A stretch of DNA of 24,849 bases from a virus (lineage: Duplodnaviria > Caudoviricetes). The translations under genes and the position numbers were made by a program. Position 1 is the first letter of the stretch. Each line of letters opens with the position of its first letter. The notes under the pieces were generated by a model. It made no database searches, was not told where the DNA came from, and was given only the letters and a program-made list of their open reading frames with translations. The DNA lies in the IMG/VR virus record IMGVR_UViG_3300032312_002346, positions 1 to 24,849 of that record; one strand, 5' to 3'. Below, one piece after another: positions 1 to 8,026 of the stretch.

Positions 1-206
1 TCATTTTCCCTAACAGCATTCGCATAGTAAGTCCATTCAATGTCTTTGTCTCTTGGGTCATTAACAATACCATATGAGGCAAATTCTGCTATTTCATATT
101 TTCCTGTTTTATGTAGTCTAGAAAGTATCTCTTTTGCATATGTACCGAAACCTGAACTTAAGAAGCTAGCTTCTGAACACATTAATACTTTTAGTTTATT
201 TTTCAT
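1..206 (-). CDS. Glycosyltransferase (GT-B/GT4-like), N-terminal part, runs off the window edge
   Basis: Not in the ORF track. Manual translation from ATG at 206 gives MKNKLKVLMCSEASFLSSGFGTYAKEILSRLHKTGKYEIAEFASYG..., open to position 1. The KVLM..(S/T)GFG.Y...L..L beta1-alpha1 pattern is typical of GT4 N-termini. Confidence 0.6.
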   Translation of the reverse strand, partial: MKNKLKVLMCSEASFLSSGFGTYAKEILSRLHKTGKYEIAEFASYGIVNDPRDKDIEWTYYANAVREN

Positions 207-221
207 AAATAATTTCTTCTA

Positions 222-260
222 ATATATAAACCAAGGGGCTGGTTTCCCAGACCCCTTAGT
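222..260 (-). terminator. Probable intrinsic terminator / stable hairpin downstream of ssb
   Basis: Minus-strand RNA ACUAAGGGG-U-CUGG-GAAA-CCAG-CCCCUUGGU (260-230) forms a GC-rich stem with one bulge and a GNRA loop, followed by UUAUAUAU. It lies 25 nt after the ssb stop. Confidence 0.7.
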
Positions 261-284
261 ATATATAATATTATTGATAATAAC

Positions 285-659
285 TTAGAAGGCCACTGCT
301 TCTGCATTATCTGTTGTTGTCTTGTTTTTAGACAATTTTGTAATCTTTGAAAAATTATTAACTCTAACTTTTAGACTACTATGCTTAACTCCATCCTTTT
401 CCCAAGTATCATTTCTTAATGATCCTTCTACAAGAACCAGATCGCCCTTCTTAAAGGAGGATCCAATAATTTCAGCACCGGTATCCCATGCTTCACAATT
501 AATAAATGATGTTACCTTGTCCTTTTCTCCGCTAGACTTGGTATATTCACGAGAAACAGCAACAGTAAAATTAACTACCGATGTCTGCTTTCCACCAGTA
601 TTGACAACTCTTAGCTCAGGATCCCTTGCTAAATTACCACGCAAAATTGTAATATTCAT
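285..659 (-). CDS. ssb: Single-stranded DNA-binding protein (short, 124 aa)
   Basis: MNITILRGNLARDPELR, FTVAVSR, CEAW, KKGDLVLVEGSL and W.KDG OB-fold motifs; AAGGAG RBS at 674-669. Confidence 0.95.
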   Translation of the reverse strand: MNITILRGNLARDPELRVVNTGGKQTSVVNFTVAVSREYTKSSGEKDKVTSFINCEAWDTGAEIIGSSFKKGDLVLVEGSLRNDTWEKDGVKHSSLKVRVNNFSKITKLSKNKTTTDNAEAVAF

Positions 660-700
660 ATCATATCACTCCTTAGTAAAATAAAATACTCAACACCATC

Positions 701-728
701 ATTATATCACAGGTACGCCCTGTGTCAA
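701..728 (-). promoter_or_regulatory. Sigma70-type promoter for ssb (TTGACA-N16-TATAAT, extended -10)
   Basis: Minus strand TTGACA CAGGGCGTACCTGTGA TATAAT. Both hexamers are perfect consensus, with TGn before the -10. The -35 overlaps the dnaE-C stop codon. Contains the inverted repeat CACAGG-N5-CCTGTG. Confidence 0.8.
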
Positions 729-2350
729 GATCTTGGAATAAAACATTTTTCTACGATAAAACCATCTTTCGTTTTTGCTCTATTCCCAATAAAAATTAAA
801 ACATTACCATTAAAAATATGAGGTTTATATTTAGTCCATGTTTCTGGAAAAAAAATGACCGAATCTAAATATCCTGTTTGATCCTCTATACTTACAAATG
901 ACATTTCTTGTCCTGGAGTTTTTCCTGATTTTGTTTTTATAGTATTGATATTTACTATTTCTCCAGCAATTATGATCTTTTCTGTTAAATTAGAATTTTT
1001 AAAAGTTTTACAGTCGCTATTTGTCATGGTTATATCATAGGTGTCTAGCTTAGAACAGCTAATAGATACTCCAAGCAAACTATTTTCCGAGTCAGAAAGC
1101 CATTCAATTTTATCTATTAATGAATATGGGGGTTTGTCTATTGTATTTAATATATTTATCAATACGTCTAATCTTTTCTTTGTAGCAAATTTATTTGATA
1201 TCATTAATTCGATAATATTTTTTAAACTTAATGTTTTATATTCATCAAGTAAATTTTCAAATTTTTCTAATTCTTTTTTTGTTAAAGATGAACATATGTC
1301 GAATTCAAACAACATTTCTGTTCTATTTTTTTTAAAGTAATCAAATGCCCCACAACTAATAAGAGACTTTGTGGCCGTTGAATTTATTTTTAATAGAACC
1401 TTTATGAGCATTTCTAACCAAGTTAATTTATTTATATCATAGTTTTTTGTTAAATCTAGTATTTTCTCAAATACTGATTGTCCAACACCTTTTATATCTG
1501 TCAATCCAAAATATATATCTTTATTTTTTAACATAAAGAATTTATTTAGATTTCTAAAGTCTGGGATTTTAACATTTATATCCATCTCATTTGCATTTCT
1601 AACTAACTCTTTTATTTCTTGCTGTGGATCTATTTTATCTTTTGCATATTTTAGATAAGAAGCAAAAAATATTCTTGGAAAATGAGCTTTAGAATACGCT
1701 GATAAATATCCATTTATAGCATAGCTTATAGAATGAGATTTGTTAAAAGAATATCTTTGACTTTTTTCGATCCATCCAAAAATTTCTTCAGCCTGACTTT
1801 CTGTAACAGTATTTAGTAATTTTGATCCTTCTATGAATCTTTTTTTTACTTTTGCCATTTCTTCTGGTTTCTTTTTACCAATAGCTTTTCTTAACATATC
1901 TGCTTCTTTTAAATCAAAACCAGCAATATCTTTAGCTATTTGCATAGCCTGTTCTTGATATATCATTTCTCCATATGTTGTCTTTAGCGATGGCTCAAGA
2001 GATGGATGGAAATAATCAACACTTTCTAAGGCATTTTTTTTATCTATATAATGATTAGTAACTGTTTTTCCATCTCTAATAGCTTCTAAACACCCAGGTC
2101 TAATAATAGCTATTAGTGCGGACAACTGCTCTATATTTTCAGGCTTTAATTTTTTAGCCATCATTTGACCTAATCTACTCTCTAATTGAAAACATCCTTT
2201 TGTGTTTCCTGAAGAGATTAGATCCCAAGTTTGTTTACAGTCCAGATTAATATTCTCTGTAGTTGGAGAAAATATTATCTGCTGTTCACCTTTTTCCGTT
2301 TTAATAATAGGAAATTTACAACCGCAATCAAATGCAAAAAAATCAGCCAT
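725..2350 (-). CDS. dnaE: DNA polymerase III alpha, C-terminal half (fingers, HhH, OB fold)
   Basis: GCFQLES, IIRPG, TYGEMIYQEQAM, ADMLRKAIGKK, YSFNKSH, FGLTDIKGVG, KTKSG..MSFVSIEDQTG...VIFFP. Lacks the PHP domain and palm catalytic aspartates. Confidence 0.93.
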   Translation of the reverse strand: MADFFAFDCGCKFPIIKTEKGEQQIIFSPTTENINLDCKQTWDLISSGNTKGCFQLESRLGQMMAKKLKPENIEQLSALIAIIRPGCLEAIRDGKTVTNHYIDKKNALESVDYFHPSLEPSLKTTYGEMIYQEQAMQIAKDIAGFDLKEADMLRKAIGKKKPEEMAKVKKRFIEGSKLLNTVTESQAEEIFGWIEKSQRYSFNKSHSISYAINGYLSAYSKAHFPRIFFASYLKYAKDKIDPQQEIKELVRNANEMDINVKIPDFRNLNKFFMLKNKDIYFGLTDIKGVGQSVFEKILDLTKNYDINKLTWLEMLIKVLLKINSTATKSLISCGAFDYFKKNRTEMLFEFDICSSLTKKELEKFENLLDEYKTLSLKNIIELMISNKFATKKRLDVLINILNTIDKPPYSLIDKIEWLSDSENSLLGVSISCSKLDTYDITMTNSDCKTFKNSNLTEKIIIAGEIVNINTIKTKSGKTPGQEMSFVSIEDQTGYLDSVIFFPETWTKYKPHIFNGNVLIFIGNRAKTKDGFIVEKCFIPRS

Positions 2351-3041
2351 TCAAAAAAGATCCTTTAAATTTTACTTTATTTCCCAAATTTCTGTGTAGC
2401 TTTAAAAATCTCATTAATATATTTGCAGTATCTTTAACATCTTTTAAAGCGTCGTGAGCACCTGTTTTGTCTATACCTAGATAGTCTCTAAGATTATCCA
2501 AAGTATAATTTTTTAATTCATTATTATTTTCAAACCAATAGAATATAACATTCATTATATCTACTACGTCTCTAGGATAAAATAAACTTGTTCTACCTTC
2601 TTTATTTATATTATTATATTTTTTACTTAATCTATCAATTATTCTTAGATCAAATCTATTAATATTATATCCGGCAGCAATTGGGGCTGAAAAGCAAGAT
2701 TTTTTACTATTGGATCTTATATGATACATATCAAGATATGAAACAAACATATTCCATCCAATTTCTTGTTTTTGAAAATTCTTCCAGTTTGCTAAGATCT
2801 TATTTTTATCGTTTCCTTGAACTTTAGCATGAAAATCCAAAACGTCACTATCTGAATAATCATATTCTGGATTACTCTCAAGAGCATCTGGTTTTAGATT
2901 AATATTAAATTCTGAATCTGGTATGATTTCTAGTTTAATAGGATCAACCATTATTGCAGCAATCTGAACCGGACTACAAACATCTGGGTTGCTTCCGTCT
3001 GTTTCAAGATCGAATACGCAAAATTTTTGAAAATTAGGCAT
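2343..3041 (-). CDS. DEDDh 3'-5' exonuclease (DnaQ/epsilon-like)
   Basis: ExoI FDLETDG, ExoII GYNINRFD, ExoIII AHDALKD. Confidence 0.9.
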   Translation of the reverse strand: MPNFQKFCVFDLETDGSNPDVCSPVQIAAIMVDPIKLEIIPDSEFNINLKPDALESNPEYDYSDSDVLDFHAKVQGNDKNKILANWKNFQKQEIGWNMFVSYLDMYHIRSNSKKSCFSAPIAAGYNINRFDLRIIDRLSKKYNNINKEGRTSLFYPRDVVDIMNVIFYWFENNNELKNYTLDNLRDYLGIDKTGAHDALKDVKDTANILMRFLKLHRNLGNKVKFKGSFLNG

Positions 3042-3213
3042 TAATCACCACTACAGTTTCATCAGAAAACATTTTCTTATCATTGATATTTTCCGATGCG
3101 TGAGCATTCATTGATTGGCAGCAACTAATTCTAACAGTGGCTACCTTTACGTATTCTGTGCCATTAACTACAAACTTATCACCGACATTCAGTTCTGAAA
3201 ATTTCTTTTGCAT
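3034..3213 (-). CDS. Small hypothetical protein, 59 aa (below the ORF-track cutoff)
   Basis: MQKKFSELNVGDKFVVNGTEYVKVATVRISCCQSMNAHASENINDKKMFSDETVVVINA. GGAG RBS; starts 2 nt after the dnaE-N stop and overlaps the exonuclease start by 8 nt, exactly filling the gap. Confidence 0.75.
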   Translation of the reverse strand: MQKKFSELNVGDKFVVNGTEYVKVATVRISCCQSMNAHASENINDKKMFSDETVVVINA

Positions 3214-3215
3214 GA

Positions 3216-5081
3216 TTATTCTCCATTTTTTAAAGATTCTGATATATTCATAACTTTATCTAACATCGCAACGCCTAAAATATCAAATTTTATTACCCCT
3301 AAAGATTCCAAATCTTGCATCTCCATTCCTGCTATTTTTTGATTATTTTTTGAATCATAAATCATTGGACATATATTATCTAGCATTTCATTACCGATAA
3401 CAACTCCAGCAGCATGTTTTGATTGATTAGATTTTGTTCCCTCTAAACGTATTGCTTGTTCAAATCTTTTAGCAAGTGGTCCTGCTAGAGAACCATCATC
3501 ACTAATATAGCACCATTCTTTAAGTTTGTCAACATTATTTTCTAGAGCCCATCTAATAATAGATGCTTCTCCGGTATCTTCTTTCATTTCTTGAAGTTCG
3601 TCAGCGATTTTAGCTTCGTCAGGTATATATTTTGTTATTTTGTTCATTTCTTCAAAACTTATATTATCATATACTCTTAAAACTTCTTTTAAGGCCCCTC
3701 GACCTTTCATTGTATTATAAGTTATCATTTGTGATACTTTATCATGACCATATTTATTTTTAATATATTCAATAATTTGTTCTCTTTTATTGATAGGAAC
3801 GTCAACATCAATATCTGGCATGGAAATTCTATCTGATGTATTTCTTCCAGCATTATAGAATCGTTCAAAAATTAAATCATAACGGATGGGGTCTATAGAT
3901 GTGATACCAATTAAATAAGAGACAAGACAGCCCGCAGCAGAGCCTCTGCCGGGACCAGGAAGCCAGCCTGACCGCCTAACCATATCTACGATATCGGAAA
4001 CTATTAGAAAATAACTGGATAATCCAGCACCCTGTAAAATTTCAAGTTCATATTTAATACGATCAACATATTTTTCTTGATCTTCTTTTGGGATAATATT
4101 AGCAATTTTATCTCTCCAACCATTCCTACACAACTGCCTGAGATATTCATCAGGATTATATGAATCAGGACAATCAAATGGTGGCAATATGGGCTTATTT
4201 AAGATATCATAATCTTCACATATTTCACTTATATAATTTGTATTTTCTATTTCAGACTGTAAATGAAGGTTTGACATTTCTTCGGGAGAAAGTATATGAT
4301 AATTATCAGACTTAAAAAAACAACCCATTGGTATATCTTCATTATTAATTAATTTTTTATTAATATCTATAAGAGTTGTTTTTAGATTATTGCACAATAA
4401 AATTCTTTGATCAACAGCGTCTTCTTTTTCGCAATAATGAGCATCTGGAGTGCATATGATTTTTGTATTAGTTTTTTGTCCAAGATCTCTAATTATAGCA
4501 GTTAATTCTTTTTGTATTGGTAGATTTTCTTGATCCATCAACTGTGTTTCTAAGAAAAAATTATCTTTTCCAAAGATATCTTTCATTTTAGAAATAAAAT
4601 TAATACCATTAGTTATCGCTTCATCTTTGGATGATTCTATTATATTAGATAATGTTGATCCTAAGTGACCACAAAATCCAATTATATTTCCATCTATAAA
4701 ATTAGCTAATTTATTAAAATCTAATCTTGGTTTATGGTAAAAATTTTCTTCTTTATTAGATTCAGAAATTATCTTAATCAAACTTTTCCAACCGTGTATA
4801 TTTTTAGCTAGAATAATAAAATGACTTAATTTACTATTCTCTTTGGTTTTAATATGAGAGTCATCGTTACTTATGTATAGTTCACAACCTAGTATGGGTT
4901 TTACTCCAGCTTTTTTCATTGCTTGATAAAACTGTACAGTTCCAGATATTGTGCCATGATCTGTTATGGCGCATGATTTTATACCAACTTTCAAACATCT
5001 ATCGGCTATTTGTTTTGGTTTGCTCAAACCGTCTAGAAGAGAATAGTGAGAATGTGCATGAAGACATGAATAATTAATCAT
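3216..5081 (-). CDS. dnaE: DNA polymerase III alpha, N-terminal half (PHP, palm, thumb)
   Basis: LHAHSHYSLLDG, ITDHG, PILGCE, FYHKPR, PDAHY, GPGRGSAAG, FERFYN, MPDIDVD, KHAAGVV, IKFDILG. All three catalytic Asp are present; stops 18 aa after KFDILG. Confidence 0.95.
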   Translation of the reverse strand: MINYSCLHAHSHYSLLDGLSKPKQIADRCLKVGIKSCAITDHGTISGTVQFYQAMKKAGVKPILGCELYISNDDSHIKTKENSKLSHFIILAKNIHGWKSLIKIISESNKEENFYHKPRLDFNKLANFIDGNIIGFCGHLGSTLSNIIESSKDEAITNGINFISKMKDIFGKDNFFLETQLMDQENLPIQKELTAIIRDLGQKTNTKIICTPDAHYCEKEDAVDQRILLCNNLKTTLIDINKKLINNEDIPMGCFFKSDNYHILSPEEMSNLHLQSEIENTNYISEICEDYDILNKPILPPFDCPDSYNPDEYLRQLCRNGWRDKIANIIPKEDQEKYVDRIKYELEILQGAGLSSYFLIVSDIVDMVRRSGWLPGPGRGSAAGCLVSYLIGITSIDPIRYDLIFERFYNAGRNTSDRISMPDIDVDVPINKREQIIEYIKNKYGHDKVSQMITYNTMKGRGALKEVLRVYDNISFEEMNKITKYIPDEAKIADELQEMKEDTGEASIIRWALENNVDKLKEWCYISDDGSLAGPLAKRFEQAIRLEGTKSNQSKHAAGVVIGNEMLDNICPMIYDSKNNQKIAGMEMQDLESLGVIKFDILGVAMLDKVMNISESLKNGE

Positions 5082-6163
5082 TCTGTAGTTCCTGGAGCCT
5101 TGTATTTACCAAAGGTGTGATTTGGGTGCTTGTACTGTTGTATCACAAAATCCATACCATGCAAGTCTATATCATATTTAACTTGTTCACATTTTGTCAT
5201 TGGAGCCCCGATATTACAGGTCTGTCCATCTCTATGTTCTATTTGTGATTCTATACTTGTATTATCGAACGTAGTTTTTCCAAAATGACATAGCTTATTA
5301 CACATCCAACTCTTTTTTAATTTAGGTCTTTTTGTATTTTTTACTATTTCAAATTTTTGTCTTAACATATCTTCTGTTTTTGGCAAATCTGATTTATCAA
5401 AACATATTGAAAATGGACCTCCATCATTAATAAAATATATAGAAAAAATAATATGATCTATATGAGGATACAGATGGCTAATAGCATAATGATAAATTCT
5501 TAACTGCGGATCTTTTTCAAGTTTTTCTTGTGTCTTTTCTTGGCCGGTTGCCCAGTCTAATCGTCTTCCTGTTTTCCAGTCTATAATTTCTATTGTTGAA
5601 TCATTAACCAGAGTTATAAGATCTATCGTTCCTTTAATTGCTAAATTACCCTCTAACTTACCATCCATAGTATCATAAGAATAATAAGACCATGGTTTTT
5701 TAATCTCTATATCAAAGTGTTGTTCTGGACACAATATAAATCTATTTCTTGGATCAAACATCCCATTATTAAATTCTATGGCTTTATATACCCAGCTATG
5801 ACAATCTTTATAGTCTTTTAAAGACCATTTATGATGAGAGTTAGATTCTGAATAATGCTTATAAACTTTCTCAATAATAGTATTTAAATTATAATTTGAG
5901 ATATTTACATCTCCTATAATATCATCATTAATAATATTAGTAGTATTATCTTGCTGGGCTTTTTTAATAACTGCTAGTATTTCTAATACTTTATGTACTA
6001 TTGTTCCTTTATCAGCCTTTTGTCCTGATGGACCTCTCCATCCAAGTACGTATTCCATAAAGTATTGCTGTTCACACATACTATGGGTATTATATGAACT
6101 ACTTCTAAAGTATGTGACTATAATCCTAGCACCTCTTGTAAAATGTCTTGAATTTTTAAACAT
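5078..6163 (-). CDS. PD-(D/E)XK RecB/AddB/Cas4-like exonuclease (true start may be near 6124)
   Basis: GTIVHKVLE, KGTIDL, IIDWKTG, QLRIY (RecB-family QxxxY). An N-terminal Cys (MCEQQY) plus a C-terminal Cys cluster (CNKLC...C...C) suggests an Fe-S/Zn staple. Confidence 0.8.
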   Translation of the reverse strand: MFKNSRHFTRGARIIVTYFRSSSYNTHSMCEQQYFMEYVLGWRGPSGQKADKGTIVHKVLEILAVIKKAQQDNTTNIINDDIIGDVNISNYNLNTIIEKVYKHYSESNSHHKWSLKDYKDCHSWVYKAIEFNNGMFDPRNRFILCPEQHFDIEIKKPWSYYSYDTMDGKLEGNLAIKGTIDLITLVNDSTIEIIDWKTGRRLDWATGQEKTQEKLEKDPQLRIYHYAISHLYPHIDHIIFSIYFINDGGPFSICFDKSDLPKTEDMLRQKFEIVKNTKRPKLKKSWMCNKLCHFGKTTFDNTSIESQIEHRDGQTCNIGAPMTKCEQVKYDIDLHGMDFVIQQYKHPNHTFGKYKAPGTTE

Positions 6164-6870
6164 TGATCATATATAGACAAATCATCATTTTTAACAACAG
6201 CATCAAAATTAGACCAATCATAATTAGTTTCGTCTAGTACTGTTTCGCTTTCATGCTTAGAAGAATATTTGTCTCGTGTCAATCTAATAACTTTACCATT
6301 ATTCTTTTTTATACTATCAATTTCATCAGGAAATCTGCAATCTGTTATAATAGCTAATTTAGGACTATCTATTTCGATTTTTTTAATAACAGCAGATACC
6401 CAAACATCTTTTTTCATTTTGCGAAAAATTCCAGTACCGACATATTCCATAACTTCTCTGGCTGTCATATAATCTGTTTTTTCGCCATCATATCCTGGCA
6501 TATCTTTCCAACTTAAATTTGTTAATGTATTTTTATCATTATCTGAACCATAACACTGCTCATGAGTTAAGCCCAAAATATTCATACATATATCTTTTTT
6601 AAGAGGATCTGCAAAACTATATAGTCTTATATTTGGATTTAAAACATCAATAGCTTTATTTATTAAAAAATCAGATGAACCAATAGAATTTACCATATCA
6701 AATTTACCAGCATAATTTCCATCACCGAACAAATCGGAAATAATAATATCTCCGTTATCATCAATATGTATCTTATTTGATACGCCTAAATTAGCCATAA
6801 ATAAAGATATTATAAAATTACCAGAAGTTGTCTTGCCTGATTGTTTTTTACCGGATATTCCTAATATCAT
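6118..6870 (-). CDS. Deoxynucleoside monophosphate kinase (phage type)
   Basis: ILGISGKKQSGKT P-loop, SFADPLK, TAREVMEYVGT, IITDCRFPDE, HESE. Confidence 0.85.
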   Translation of the reverse strand: MILGISGKKQSGKTTSGNFIISLFMANLGVSNKIHIDDNGDIIISDLFGDGNYAGKFDMVNSIGSSDFLINKAIDVLNPNIRLYSFADPLKKDICMNILGLTHEQCYGSDNDKNTLTNLSWKDMPGYDGEKTDYMTAREVMEYVGTGIFRKMKKDVWVSAVIKKIEIDSPKLAIITDCRFPDEIDSIKKNNGKVIRLTRDKYSSKHESETVLDETNYDWSNFDAVVKNDDLSIYDQCLKIQDILQEVLGL

Positions 6871-6871
6871 T

Positions 6872-8026
6872 TTAATTCCTAATTTGTGGTAATATGCTTG
6901 TTTTTATTTCCTCAACAGACATGGCTGCAACGTCTTCTTTTTCAATAATAATATTATGTATATTATATGTTTTATGACATTTAATCTTTATTTGTTCCGC
7001 TGCTTTTCTTCCTGCTTCATCGTTATCCATTATAGTGATAATAGTCATAGCTCCAGAAATATCAATTAACATTTTTTGTCTGTCACTAAGAGAAGAACCG
7101 AATATAGCAACACTATTGTGTATCCCTGCTTCTTCTAGTCTCCATACATTTCCAGGACTCTCAACAATAATTATTATATTATCAGACTTAATAAAATTTT
7201 TGGCATTCCAAAAATTATAAAGATGTTCCTCGCTCTTAAAACCATAACTATGTTTCCATTTAGAATATTTCCAAATATCATTTCCTGGACATTGATTGTT
7301 TGGATCATGATAACTTTTACATTTGTCGCATTTATCGAATAAACTTCTGCCACTACAGCCTACCATATATTTATTATCAATATCGTATATTGGAGCAACA
7401 GCCCTTCCAAACATTTCTTTGCCTTCTTTCAGACATTCTCCAATATCATATTTTTTTAGTATGTCTGGAGAAAAACCTCTGTTTATAAAATAGTTTGAAG
7501 GTATATTTAAATTTTGTCTAATAAAATCTTTAGATACTTTTGTTATTTCTTTTTTAGAGTCATTACTCAAATACTTGACAGTATTAATAAATGTTGATTT
7601 CTCTTTTGATTTTTTTGATACTTTAAAATCATTTAAGTCCTGTTGTAAAAAATCAGTAGCAAAGTTTATAGCTTCTTGAAAAGATATAACTTCATCACCA
7701 TGATTATTCCAATTTTTTTCACTATGAGATAAACATCCTCTAATAAAACCTATAATAGATCCTTTAAAGGTTTCTTCACAGTTGTGTGTTCTACATTTCC
7801 AGTTTCCTCTATATGAGTCTCCTTGATGATATAGATTAAAAGCAGAATCATTATCTCCGCCGTGTATAGGACAACTCATAGCTATCATCCTACCCATATC
7901 TCTATATTCATCTATTCCTAAAGAGATCAATAAATTTTCAATATCATCACACAAAGCATCTGAAATGAGCTTTAGTTGTGATTGATCATACGAATGGAAT
8001 TTCTTCTTTTTGTTCATCGTTTTCAT
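6872..8026 (-). CDS. dnaG: DNA primase, DnaG-type (CHC2 Zn finger + Toprim); start 8026 or 8017
   Basis: CPIH...WKCRTHNC zinc finger, YFINRGF, GCSGRS, LYN, IVESPGNV, MDNDEAG (DxD), KEDV. Directly downstream of the helicase. Confidence 0.85.
   Translation of the reverse strand: MKTMNKKKKFHSYDQSQLKLISDALCDDIENLLISLGIDEYRDMGRMIAMSCPIHGGDNDSAFNLYHQGDSYRGNWKCRTHNCEETFKGSIIGFIRGCLSHSEKNWNNHGDEVISFQEAINFATDFLQQDLNDFKVSKKSKEKSTFINTVKYLSNDSKKEITKVSKDFIRQNLNIPSNYFINRGFSPDILKKYDIGECLKEGKEMFGRAVAPIYDIDNKYMVGCSGRSLFDKCDKCKSYHDPNNQCPGNDIWKYSKWKHSYGFKSEEHLYNFWNAKNFIKSDNIIIIVESPGNVWRLEEAGIHNSVAIFGSSLSDRQKMLIDISGAMTIITIMDNDEAGRKAAEQIKIKCHKTYNIHNIIIEKEDVAAMSVEEIKTSILPQIRN

Noticed and set aside
2351-3215. Intron, intein or mobile element interrupting dnaE
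   Set aside because: The interval is fully occupied by two coupled ORFs. There is no homing endonuclease, RT or transposase, no terminal repeats, no room for a ribozyme, and no intein N- or C-terminal motifs on either half.
725-5081. dnaE pseudogene, or two independent dnaE paralogs
   Set aside because: Both frames are long and intact, with all motifs present exactly once across the pair.
5078-6163. CRISPR-Cas system suggested by the Cas4-like nuclease
   Set aside because: No repeat-spacer array or other cas genes are visible; stand-alone RecB/Cas4-like nucleases are common in phage replication modules.
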